Assembly: GCA_036787695.1 (NCBI GenBank)
Contig: DAIQOT010000001.1
Span: 3,843-67,842, forward strand
DNA: 64,000 bases
Reading direction: 5' to 3'
Source of the DNA: Solirubrobacterales bacterium
Lineage (GTDB): Bacteria; Actinomycetota; Thermoleophilia; Solirubrobacterales; 70-9
The position numbers and the translations under genes are program-made. A model generated the notes under the pieces. The model was given only the letters and a program-made list of their open reading frames with translations. It ran no database searches and was not told the DNA's origin. Positions 45,004 to 53,990 of the stretch are shown here, one piece after another. Numbering within the stretch: position 1 is the first letter of the stretch; every line of letters begins with the position of its first letter.

Positions 45004-46248
45004 TCAGCCGTTACCCGATTCTGCGGGCTGGGTGCCGAGATTGACGCTGATCTCGGTCGATTTCGAGTCGCGCTCGATCTCGAGCTTGACCGTGTCGCCG
45101 GGCTGCTCGGCGGCGATCGCGGCGATCAGGTCTTCGGTGCCGGCGATCTTCTCGCCGTCGAGTTCGGTGATCACGTCGCCCTCCTCGAGGCCCGCTTCCG
45201 CGGCGGGCGATCCCTGGACGACTTCGGCGACGGTGGCGCCGTCGACGCCTTCGGTGGTGGTCGCGGTGGCGACGCCGAGGTAGGCGTGCTGCACCGTTTC
45301 GCCGGCCTCCAGTTGTTGGAGCTCGGCGCTGACCAGGGAGGACGGGACGGCGAAGCCGACGCCGGAGCTCTGGTCGGCGGAGCCATCGGTCGCGATCTGA
45401 TCGACGACGCCGATCACCTTGCCTTCGGAGTCGATCAGCGGGCCGCCCGAGTTGCCGGGATTGATCGCCGCGTCGGTCTGGACCGCGTGGGCGACGGAGA
45501 AGCCGTTCGGCGCCTGGATCGTGCGGTCGAGGCCGGAGACGATGCCGGTGGAGAAGCTCCAGGCGTATTCGAAGGGTGCGCCGATCGCCGCGACCGAGGC
45601 GCCGACGTTGAGGTCGGCGGAGTCGGCGATTTCGAGCGGGTGCAGTGCGATGCCGCTCGGGTCGATCTTGATCACCGCGAGGTCTGAGGCGTCGTCGATG
45701 CCGAGCACTTCCGCCTTGTGGGTCGAGCCGTCCTGGAGGATCACCTCGACCGAGGAGGCTTCGTCGACGACGTGGGCGGCGGTGACGATGTCGCCACCTT
45801 CGTCGACCTCGAAGCCCGAGCCGGTCGCCATCGATTCGGCGCTCGATTCGCCTTCCGGCGACGTCCCGAACCCTTCCGGGGTGCCTTCCCCTTCCTGCCC
45901 GAAGCCTTCCTCGCCGCCGCCGCCCGAGCCCGATTCGCCGAAGGGGCTCGCGCCCGCTTCGGCTTCCTCGGAGCTCGAGCCCGAGATCGTGGACTTGATC
46001 TCGACCACGCCGGGAGAAGTTTCGGCGTAGAGCGATTCGGCGTCGTCGGCGGTGCTGGTCGTGTCGGCGACCGCGCGGGTGGTCGCGGCCGCCTGCTGGA
46101 CGGTGGTCACCTTGGTGGTGCCGCCGCCGAGCGCGCCGATGGCGAGGAGGACGACGACCACGACGAGGGCCCCGGCCAGCCAGGCGGCGACGATCGTCCC
46201 CGCCCTCCGTAGGCCCCGTCGCTGTCGTCTGTCCTTCGATGCGTTCAC
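45004..46248 (-). CDS. HtrA/DegP-type trypsin-like serine protease with PDZ domain
   Basis: TM anchor, catalytic blocks TAAHVV, DLAVIKI and GNSGGPLID, and a C-terminal PDZ-like GDVITELDG. GTG start. Confidence 0.85.
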   Translation of the reverse strand: MNASKDRRQRRGLRRAGTIVAAWLAGALVVVVVLLAIGALGGGTTKVTTVQQAAATTRAVADTTSTADDAESLYAETSPGVVEIKSTISGSSSEEAEAGASPFGESGSGGGGEEGFGQEGEGTPEGFGTSPEGESSAESMATGSGFEVDEGGDIVTAAHVVDEASSVEVILQDGSTHKAEVLGIDDASDLAVIKIDPSGIALHPLEIADSADLNVGASVAAIGAPFEYAWSFSTGIVSGLDRTIQAPNGFSVAHAVQTDAAINPGNSGGPLIDSEGKVIGVVDQIATDGSADQSSGVGFAVPSSLVSAELQQLEAGETVQHAYLGVATATTTEGVDGATVAEVVQGSPAAEAGLEEGDVITELDGEKIAGTEDLIAAIAAEQPGDTVKLEIERDSKSTEISVNLGTQPAESGNG

Positions 46249-46309
46249 TGCAACGAAGGTAGGCCCGTCTTCTAAGCGCGACCTTCCGGAAGGCTGAGCG
46301 TTACCTGAG

Positions 46310-46357
46310 TGCCCTTCGCTATTTCCCCGTCATATAACGGGGTAACAGCGAAGGGCA
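46310..46357 (-). terminator. Hairpin after pabAB-like gene (G-unit family)
   Basis: Arms TGCCCTTCGCTATTTCCCCGT / ACGGGGTAACAGCGAAGGGCA match at 19 of 21 positions with loop CATATA. Ends 3 nt before the stop codon. Confidence 0.65.
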
Positions 46358-46360
46358 GGG

Positions 46361-48624
46361 CTATTCGCTGAGTGCATCGAGGACCGGGCGGGCCTTCAGC
46401 AGCATCTCGCGCCACTCGTCCTCGGGGTCGGAGCGCACCGTGATCGCGCCGCCGCTGCCGACCGTCGCGACGCCGTCGCGCACCACCGCGGTCCGGATCA
46501 CGATGCTCAGGTCCACCCCGCCGCCGAGCCCCAGGTATCCCAGCGCCCCCGAGTAAATGCCGCGCGGCTCCGGCTCGAGCCGGTCGAGGATCTCCATCGA
46601 CCGCAGCTTCGGCGCGCCTGTCATCGAGCCGCCCGGGAAGCACGCTTCGACGCAGCCGAGCAGGTCGCTGTCCTCGCGCAGCCTGCCCCGGATCGTCGAG
46701 ACGAGCTGATGCACGTGCGGGTGCGTCTCCAGGCCGATCAGCTCGTCGACCACCACCGAGCCCACCTCGCAGGTCCGGCTCAGGTCGTTGCGCAGGAGGT
46801 CGACGATCATCAGGTTCTCCGCCCGGTCCTTGACGCTGGTCCGCAGCTCCTCCCGCAGCCGCTCGTCCTCAGCCAGCGTCGCCCCCCGCGCCCGCGTCCC
46901 CTTCACCGGCCGCGCCTCGACCTCCCCGCCCGGGGAGATTCGCAGGAAGCGCTCCGGCGATGAGCTGAGGACGGCCAGGTCGCCGAAGCGGAGGAAGGCC
47001 CCGTAGGGCGCCGGGTTGAGGCCGCGCTGACGGGCGAAGATCGCGAGCGGATCGGCAGCGCCGACCGGCAACCGGAGGCGGTTGGTGAGGCAGAGCTCGT
47101 AGGACTCGCCGTCGTGCAGGGCGCACTGGGCCGCGGCGATCGCGTCGAGGTACGCCGGGTGGTCGAGAGCGAGGTCGACCGGCACGACGTCGTCGGCGTG
47201 ACCGGCGTCGACCGGGGCCGAGTTCGCGAGGGTGGGATCGATCCGGCGAGCGGTCTCAGGCGGGTCGGCCGCGCCCCCGGCGTCGAGCGTCGGGTCGGCG
47301 GCGTCCTCGGCGTCGGGCGTCGGGTCGGCGGTGTCCCTGGCGTCGGGCGGCCGCGACTCGGGCGGCGGCGGGACCTGTTCGAGGCGCAGGCTCAGCGCAT
47401 CGACCTCGGCGGCGACCTCGGCCCTTGGCACCCGCGGCGGGACGACGCCGATGACGAAGGTCTCCCCCGCACCCGGGTCGAAGGCGACCATCCGCGTCGC
47501 TGCCATGAAGCAGGCGTCCGGCTCCCGGGCCTCGAACCGGTTCGGGCTGCCGAGGCCTCGCTTCAGCCCGTAGCCGAAGTACCCCACGTAGCCGCCGCAG
47601 AAGTCGAACGGCAGATCGCATTCGATATGGCGCTCGCGCAGCCGATCCCGCAGGAGGTCGAAGATCGACCCGTCGACCGAGGTCGTCGACCCGTCCTCGA
47701 CCATCACCCGCACACGATCCTCGCCGGGCTGTTGGGTCAGCAGCTCGGACCCCGGCCCGGTCGAGGTCCCGATGAAGGTCCTCCCCGCCCCGGTCGCGTC
47801 ATCGAGCCAGAAGGCGTTCGCCTCGCCGGCGAAGAGCGCCTCGAACGCGGCCTCGGGATCGCGGACGCTCGGTAACCGGCGTACGACCAGGCCCCAGATC
47901 GGTTCGGCACCGGCCGACAGCCGCGGAGCCGCAGCGCCGCCGCGGTTCGGCGACGGATCGGCGCCCGCGGGCGGTCCGGGTGCTTGGTTCGGAGCCGGCG
48001 GGCCGATTCGGCTCGGGCGGCGGCGCGCGTTCGCGGGGCTCGCGCCATCCCCGCCGCGGCGACGAAGTTCCGCACCAGAGCCGCGCCGCTCGGGGTGCCG
48101 ATCGACTCGGGGTGGAACTGCACTCCCCAGATCGGCGGGGTGCGGTGGGCGAGCGCCATCACGGTGCCGTCGCCCGCCCGGGCCGTCACCTCGAGGCAGT
48201 CGGGCAGCGGCTCGGAGACGACCAACGAGTGGTAGCGGACCGCCTCGAAGCGGCGCGGCACGCCGGCGAACATCGGCGCCCCCTCGTGGACGATCTCGGT
48301 CGCCTCGCCGTGGACGGGAGCGGGAGCCCCCTCGACCGCGCCGCCGAACGCCGTCGCGATCCCCTGGTGGCCGAGGCAGACGCCGAGGACCGGCAGGTCG
48401 AACTCGCGGATCGCCCGCGCGCACCCGCCGAAGTCCGCGGCCCGCTCCGGCCGCCCCGGGCCCGGCGAGATGACGAGGGCGCCGAACTCGCCGCGGCGCA
48501 GGGCGTCGAAGGGGATCTCGTCGTTGTGGCAGACGGTCGGCAGCTCGCCGAGCTCCGCCGCCAACAGGTGCCGCAGGTTGAAGGTGAAGGAGTCGTAGTT
48601 GTCGACGAGCAGGACGGGGCTCAC
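46361..48624 (-). pseudogene. pabAB: Glutamine amidotransferase + chorismate-utilising component I (PabA-PabB fusion type) with the two domains in different reading frames
   Basis: The GATase domain (VLLVDNYDSFTFNL, GVCLGHQ, FHPES) runs from GTG 48624 in one frame to about 48050, and that frame then continues Arg-rich to a stop at 47737. The component I domain (SSSPERF, RPVKGT, DRAENLMIVDL, FPGGSMTGAPK) is in another frame, open from 48424 to 46361. This is either a frameshift, a sequence error, or two overlapping genes. Confidence 0.6.
47261..47350 (-). repeat. 3 x 30-nt in-frame tandem repeat inside the PabB-like domain linker
   Basis: Units at 47261-47290, 47291-47320 and 47321-47350 (CGGGTCGGC..GGCGTCG.GCG.). 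They encode an Asp/Ala/Pro/Thr-rich stretch (DTADPTPDAEDAADPTLDAGGAADP). Confidence 0.8.
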
Positions 48625-48634
48625 CGCGCCGCCC

Positions 48635-49813
48635 TCAGCAACTCTCCAACACCATCGCGAGGCCCTGGCCGACGCCGATACAGAGGGTGGCGAGGCCGTA
48701 GCGGCCACCGCGGGCGCGCAGCTCAGTGACGGCGCGGCCGACGACGCGGGCGCCGGAGGCGCCGAGCGGGTGGCCGATCGCGATCGCGCCGCCGCTCATG
48801 TTCACCTTCGCCGGGTCGAGGTCGGGCCAGCCCTTGAGGCAGGCGAGCGACTGCGAGGCGAAGGCCTCGTTCAGCTCGACGGCGTCGATGTCCTTCCAGG
48901 TCAGGCCGGCCTTCGCCAGCGCCTTATTGGCCGCCTCGACCGGCGCGATCCCGAAGACGTCGGGATCGACCCCGTGGACGCCGCGGGAGACGACGCGGGC
49001 GAGCGGCGCGCTGCCGATTGCGTCGGCCGCGGCCTCGGAGCCGAGCAGCAGCATCGAGGCACCGTCGTTCAGCGGCGAGGAGTTGCCGGCGGTGACCGTG
49101 CCCCCCTCGACGAAGGCGGGCTTCAGCTTGCCGAGCTTCTCCAGGGAGGTGTCGGCGCGGATCCCCTCGTCGCGCTCGAGGTCGACATCGGGGACGGGGA
49201 CGACCTCGGGGAAGCGGCCCTCGTTCCAGGCGGCGTCGGCGAGAGTGTGACTGCGAAGGGCGAATTCATCCTGGGACTCGCGCGAGATCTCGTAGATGTC
49301 GGCCAGCTTCTCCGCCGATTCGCCGAGGCTGATCGTCCACTCGCCCGGCATCTTCGGGTTGACCATGCGCCAGCCGAGCGTCGTCGACCAGAGCTCCTGA
49401 TGGCCGGCGGGGAAGGCGCGCTCGGGCTTCAGCATCACCCAGGGCGCGCGGCTCATCGACTCGACCCCGCCCGCGACGATCACCTCGGCGTCGCCGGTCT
49501 CGATCGCCCGCGCCGCCTGGATCCCGGCCTCGAGCGAGGAGCCGCAGAGTCGGTTGACGGTGGCGCCGGGGACCGAGGTCGGCAGCCCCGCGAGCAGCAC
49601 CGCCATGCGAGCGACGTCGCGGTTGTCCTCGCCGGCGCCGTTGGCGTTGCCGAGGATGACGTCCTCGATCAGGGACGGGTCGAGCCCGGGAGCCCGGTCC
49701 AGCAGGGCGCGGAGCGCGCCCGCGGCGAGGTCATCGGGCCGGGTCTTGGCGAGCGCCCCGCCGTAGCGGCCGAAGGGCGTGCGAACCGCTCCATATATGT
49801 AGGCGGCACTCAT
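48635..49813 (-). CDS. Acetyl-CoA C-acyltransferase (thiolase)
   Basis: 392 aa from ATG 49813 (GGAGG Shine-Dalgarno), with NRLCGSSLEA, NEAFASQ and GGAIAIGHPLGASGAR ... CIGVGQG blocks. Confidence 0.9.
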   Translation of the reverse strand: MSAAYIYGAVRTPFGRYGGALAKTRPDDLAAGALRALLDRAPGLDPSLIEDVILGNANGAGEDNRDVARMAVLLAGLPTSVPGATVNRLCGSSLEAGIQAARAIETGDAEVIVAGGVESMSRAPWVMLKPERAFPAGHQELWSTTLGWRMVNPKMPGEWTISLGESAEKLADIYEISRESQDEFALRSHTLADAAWNEGRFPEVVPVPDVDLERDEGIRADTSLEKLGKLKPAFVEGGTVTAGNSSPLNDGASMLLLGSEAAADAIGSAPLARVVSRGVHGVDPDVFGIAPVEAANKALAKAGLTWKDIDAVELNEAFASQSLACLKGWPDLDPAKVNMSGGAIAIGHPLGASGARVVGRAVTELRARGGRYGLATLCIGVGQGLAMVLESC

Positions 49814-49842
49814 CTCTCCGCCTCCGTACGTGCCGCCGCCAT

Positions 49843-49887
49843 CGCGTTCGCAGTTAACCACGACATGCGTGGCTAAGTGCGAACGCG
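49843..49887 (-). terminator. Hairpin after the peroxidase gene, 30 nt upstream of the thiolase start (G-unit family)
   Basis: Arms CGCGTTCGCAGTTAACCACG / CGTGGCTAAGTGCGAACGCG match at 18 of 20 positions with a 5-nt loop. Confidence 0.6.
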
Positions 49888-49932
49888 ACCGCTCGGCGAG
49901 GGCGGGACGCGACGGCGCGCCGCCGGAGTCCC

Positions 49933-51327
49933 TCAGCTGAGCGCGAACCTCACCACGTCGGCGAGCTCGAATTTCCCGGCTTTCGACCCCAGGCTCGGTT
50001 TGAATTTCGGGTTCTGGTTGACGAAGGAGTGGTTGTCCTCCTTCAGCAGGCCGAGCATCACGTCGGCGACGATTTCGCCGCCAACCGGCCCGAGGTGCCC
50101 GCCGCCCCCGAGTCCCGACTCTTTGAGGATGTAGAACCAGAGCGGCGTCGGCTCGGGCGCCCCGAGGTTTTTCCCGGTGCGCGGTTTCAGCCCCATCAGC
50201 TCGGCGACGTCCTGTCCCGACGGCAGCCCCAGCGCCTCGCCCCGTTTGAGGTTGCGGAAGGCGAGCGAGGATTCGCCATTCGGGAAGCCCGGCAGGTCGA
50301 ACAGCCCCGGCGAGAGGTGCGCGTCGATCTTCCGCGACAGCTGCGGTTTGGCCGCTTTGCCCGGGGCGCCGTCGAGGAAGTGGGACCAGTCGATCGTCCA
50401 CGCGCCCGGCAGCGGCCGGAACCCGCGGAGGTCGGCGAGTTCGTCGACTTTTTCCCCCGGGATGAAGATCGGGCGATCGGTGACGGTGTTGTTGAGGTCG
50501 TATTTCGGCCGGATCATGCTGTGACCGAAGCGATACGCGGCGACCGAGAACTCGACCGGCATGAACAGCTCTTTTTTCGGTTCGAACCAACGCGTGTCGA
50601 TCGCGACACCGTCTTTGGTCTGTTTGACGCGTTTTTTGAGCGGGTCCGGCCCGACCACGCGTGGCAGGAAGTCGTTCAGGATCAGCCACTGGTAGTGCCA
50701 GCGGACGAGCCGTTGGGCGACTTCGAAGCGCCGCTCCTCCGCCACCGATTTGTCGGCCGAGACTTTGTCGACGACCTTGTTGTGGAAGCGCAGCCAGGTC
50801 AGCTGCAACTGGCCGACGATGATGTTCTCGTCGTTGCGCGGGTCGCCGATCAGCGCGACGCCGTCACTGTTGCGTTGCAGGTCGGGTTCGCCTTTGACGT
50901 TTTTCGGGTCGATCACGAGACGCTGCCGTCCCGGCTGGACGTAGAGGAACGGCTCGTCTTCGGGCCCCGAGCCGTAGACCGAGTCGAGGTCGAAGCGCGG
51001 CGAGCGGAAGTCGACCAGCGCGTCCGGGTCGTTTTTGCGCTGCAGGCTGGAGACCGGGTCGAAGGTGAGGTCGTGGTCGATGAACTGGCCGAAGTACGTG
51101 TAGCCGGACGGGATTTTCGGGTTGTCGAGTTTGCCGCCGCTGCCTTTCGGCTCGCGCATGCTCTCGGCGAGCTCGCGCAGTTTTTTCGCGGGCAGATCCG
51201 GCGCGGGATCGAGCCGGCGGAAGAGGCGCCCGAAACGCCCCTCGTTGAGACTGGACCGCGGCACCCGTTTGAGGCCACGGAGTTTGTTTTTGCCGTGACC
51301 GAGCGAGACCAACTGCTTCGGAGCCAT
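49933..51327 (-). CDS. Animal-type heme peroxidase family protein (peroxidase-cyclooxygenase superfamily)
   Basis: 464 aa from ATG 51327 (AGGAGG Shine-Dalgarno). Distal-His motif YFGQFIDHDLT and proximal-His motif AAYRFGHSMI. No obvious signal peptide. Confidence 0.8.
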   Translation of the reverse strand: MAPKQLVSLGHGKNKLRGLKRVPRSSLNEGRFGRLFRRLDPAPDLPAKKLRELAESMREPKGSGGKLDNPKIPSGYTYFGQFIDHDLTFDPVSSLQRKNDPDALVDFRSPRFDLDSVYGSGPEDEPFLYVQPGRQRLVIDPKNVKGEPDLQRNSDGVALIGDPRNDENIIVGQLQLTWLRFHNKVVDKVSADKSVAEERRFEVAQRLVRWHYQWLILNDFLPRVVGPDPLKKRVKQTKDGVAIDTRWFEPKKELFMPVEFSVAAYRFGHSMIRPKYDLNNTVTDRPIFIPGEKVDELADLRGFRPLPGAWTIDWSHFLDGAPGKAAKPQLSRKIDAHLSPGLFDLPGFPNGESSLAFRNLKRGEALGLPSGQDVAELMGLKPRTGKNLGAPEPTPLWFYILKESGLGGGGHLGPVGGEIVADVMLGLLKEDNHSFVNQNPKFKPSLGSKAGKFELADVVRFALS

Positions 51328-51485
51328 GCGATGCCTCCTGATCTTTGTTTTGAGAGCTCCCCCTTCTCTGGTCAGAGATCCTGAACGGGTCAGACGGGCG
51401 CTGTCAACTTTTCGGTATCGGCCGAGTCCCCAGCTTCCGATATTCGTCCACGCGGGCAGGGCGAGGCCCGCGCGAGGAGGCGCGG

Positions 51486-52238
51486 CTACTTGACGATCAG
51501 GACGATCGCGACGATCACGCCGACGGTGACGACGGTCCAGCGGAGCGCCTCGTCGGGGACGCGGCGGCCGTAGCGGGCGCCGACCTGGGCGCCGGTGATC
51601 GAGCCGACCGCGACCAGCGCGGCGGCGTCCCAGGCGACGTGGGCGACGATGATGAAGAGGACCGCGGCGACGCCGTTGGCGATCCCGACCATCACGTTCT
51701 TCAGCCCGTTCAGCCGCTGCAGGTCGTCGGGGATGAGGAAGCGGAGCGCGGCCAGCAGGATCACTCCCTGGGCCGCGCCGAAGTAGCCGCCGTAGACGCC
51801 GACCGCGTAGCCGATCCCGAGCAGGGCGATCTTGCGGTGGTGGCTCATCGCGCCGTGGCTGAGTTTCGGTTTCGGCCGCAGGATCATCAGCGCGCAGGCG
51901 AGCAGGATCAGCAGCGGCACGACCGTTTCGAAGACGCCTTCGGGGAGGGTCAGCAGCAGGATGCCGCCGGTGAGGGCGCCGAGCCCCGTCCCGATCCCGC
52001 CGAGGATCGCGCGCTGGCGCTGCCCTTTGAGCTCCTCGCGGTATCCCCAGGCGGCGCTGATGTTGCCGAAGACGAGGCCGACCGAGTTGGAGACGTTCGC
52101 CGTCACCGAGCTGAAGCCGACGGCCAGCAGCACCGGGAAGGTGACCAGCGATCCGGAGCCGACGATCGCGTTGATGCCGCCGGCGGTGAAGCCCGCGGCG
52201 AGGACCGCGAGCGCTTGCAGAAGATTCACCCGCCCCAT
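51486..52238 (-). CDS. TauE/SafE-family anion (sulfite) exporter-like membrane protein
   Basis: 250 aa, multi-TM, with the N-terminal AGFTAGGINAIVGSGSLVTFPVL motif typical of DUF81/TauE. Confidence 0.78.
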   Translation of the reverse strand: MGRVNLLQALAVLAAGFTAGGINAIVGSGSLVTFPVLLAVGFSSVTANVSNSVGLVFGNISAAWGYREELKGQRQRAILGGIGTGLGALTGGILLLTLPEGVFETVVPLLILLACALMILRPKPKLSHGAMSHHRKIALLGIGYAVGVYGGYFGAAQGVILLAALRFLIPDDLQRLNGLKNVMVGIANGVAAVLFIIVAHVAWDAAALVAVGSITGAQVGARYGRRVPDEALRWTVVTVGVIVAIVLIVK

Positions 52239-52395
52239 TCTTCCCTGCTTGCGGCGGCGGGAGCGTGACCGCGATCACCCGGCGCCGGTATACAAGCGCG
52301 CCCCCAGCGCGCCGCGAGGTCCACCCGTGGGCGGCGCCTCGAGTTCAACCCGCGGGCCGATGAAGGAGGGCGCGCGCCGACCTAACGTGCCGGCC

Positions 52396-52887
52396 ATGGG
52401 AAGCGAATCGGTCCTGATCGGCCTTGCCGTCCTCGTCTGGCTGCTCTGGCGCCAGCTGCAGGTCCGCGAGCTGCGCCACGACCGCGGCTACCTGCTGCCG
52501 CTGATCATCTGCGCGATCGGGGTCGTGCAGATCGTCGACTACGACCGCGACCACCCGCTCGCCGGGGCGGGCATCGCACTGCTGGCGCTCAGCATCGTCG
52601 TCGCGGCGGCCTTCGCGGTCTGGCGGGCGACCACCGTCCGGGTCTGGCTCCACGACGGCCGCCTGCTCCGCCAGGGGACCGCGGTCACGATCGTCCTCTG
52701 GCTGGTCGCGATCGCGATCCACCTCGGCGGCGACCACCTGATCGCCCCCCACGATGCCGACCGCCTCGGCAGCGTCTCGCTCCTCCTCTACCTCGGGGTG
52801 AGCCTCGCCGTCCAACGGTTCGCCCTCGGCGAGCGCGCCCGCCGCCTCCTCACCGCCGGCGCCTGGCCGGAAGACACACCCGCGTGA
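52396..52887 (+). CDS. Small integral membrane protein, function unknown
   Basis: 163 aa from ATG 52396, about four predicted TM segments. I recognised no motif. Confidence 0.5.
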   Translation: MGSESVLIGLAVLVWLLWRQLQVRELRHDRGYLLPLIICAIGVVQIVDYDRDHPLAGAGIALLALSIVVAAAFAVWRATTVRVWLHDGRLLRQGTAVTIVLWLVAIAIHLGGDHLIAPHDADRLGSVSLLLYLGVSLAVQRFALGERARRLLTAGAWPEDTPA

Positions 52888-52963
52888 CCACCCCATGTTG
52901 ATGGGCCGAAAACTCAAGACATAGTTGAGTTTTCGGCCCATCAACCGGAGCCTGTGTCACGCG
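52881..52963. repeat. Isolated P-unit palindrome with extended outer arms
   Basis: Core at 52897-52945 has a 21-bp perfect stem (GTTGATGGGCCGAAAACTCAA / TTGAGTTTTCGGCCCATCAAC) and a 7-nt loop. Outer arms are CGCGTGAC / GTCACGCG. It overlaps the stop codon at 52885-52887. Confidence 0.85.
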
Positions 52964-52994
52964 CAACCGGTCGGTTGCGTAGGCTGAGAGAACG

Positions 52995-53990
52995 ATGCGC
53001 GTGCTGGTCCTCGGCGGAACTCGGTTCATCGGCCTCGCGTTGGTCGAGGATCTGCTCGGCGCCGGGCACACGGTCGGGGTCGTCCACCGCGGCGAGCACG
53101 AGCCGCCCGACCTCGCTCCCGAGGTCGAGCACATCCACACCGCGCGCCGCGACCTCCCCGCCCACCGCGACACGATCGCCCGCTTCGGCCCCGACGCCGT
53201 CGTCGACCTCGCCGCGATGACCGCCGCCGATGCCGAGGCGGCGCTCGCCGCGCTCGACCCGGCGGTGACGCTCGTCGCCGTCTCGACGATCGAGTCCTAC
53301 CGCGTCTTCGACTCGATCTACGCCGGGACCGTCACCGACGCGGTGCCGCTGGCCGAGGACGCGCCGCTGCGCGAAGGTCCCTACCCGGCCCCCGAGCAGG
53401 CCGTCTCCCAGGGCTGGGACTACGACGCCGGCAGCTACGACAAGCTCGCGGTCGAGCGCCTCTACCTCGAGCGCGGCGCGACGATCTGCCGGCTGCCGCT
53501 CGTCTACGGCCCGCGCGACTACAAGCGCCGCGAGGACTTCGTGCTCGCCCGGGTGCGCGCCGGCCGCGAGCGGATCCCGTTCGGCCCCGGCACCTTCCTC
53601 ACCTCGCGCGGCTACGCGCCGGAGCTCGCCCGTGGCCTGCGCCTCGCCGCCGAGCGCGGGCCGGGCGGCGTCTTCAACCTCGCCGAGAGCGCGTCGCCGA
53701 CGGTCGGCCTCTGGCTGCGGGAGATCCTCGTCGCGGCGGGCGCGAGCGCCGAGCTCGTCCGCGTCCCCGAAGACCTGCTGCCGCCGGACATGGGACTGAC
53801 CGGCGAGATCCCGCAGCCCTGGCTGGTCGACGCGGGCAAGGCGGCGCGGGAGCTCGGCTGGGTCCACGCCGACTGGCGCGAGTGCACCCGGCGCTCGGTG
53901 CGCTGGCACCTCGAGCACCCGCCGCCGGCGAGCGAGACGACCGTCGACTTCTCCGCCGACGACGCCGCGCTCGCCGCGGCCGGGCGCTAG
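52995..53990 (+). CDS. NAD-dependent epimerase/dehydratase family protein
   Basis: N-terminal Rossmann motif VLVLGGTRFIGLALVEDLL. 331 aa. Confidence 0.8.
   Translation: MRVLVLGGTRFIGLALVEDLLGAGHTVGVVHRGEHEPPDLAPEVEHIHTARRDLPAHRDTIARFGPDAVVDLAAMTAADAEAALAALDPAVTLVAVSTIESYRVFDSIYAGTVTDAVPLAEDAPLREGPYPAPEQAVSQGWDYDAGSYDKLAVERLYLERGATICRLPLVYGPRDYKRREDFVLARVRAGRERIPFGPGTFLTSRGYAPELARGLRLAAERGPGGVFNLAESASPTVGLWLREILVAAGASAELVRVPEDLLPPDMGLTGEIPQPWLVDAGKAARELGWVHADWRECTRRSVRWHLEHPPPASETTVDFSADDAALAAAGR

Noticed and set aside
46283-46294. Perfect 12-nt palindrome CCTTCCGGAAGG upstream of the HtrA gene as a regulator site
   Set aside because: It is a single short palindrome with no second copy or known motif match, so there is too little evidence.
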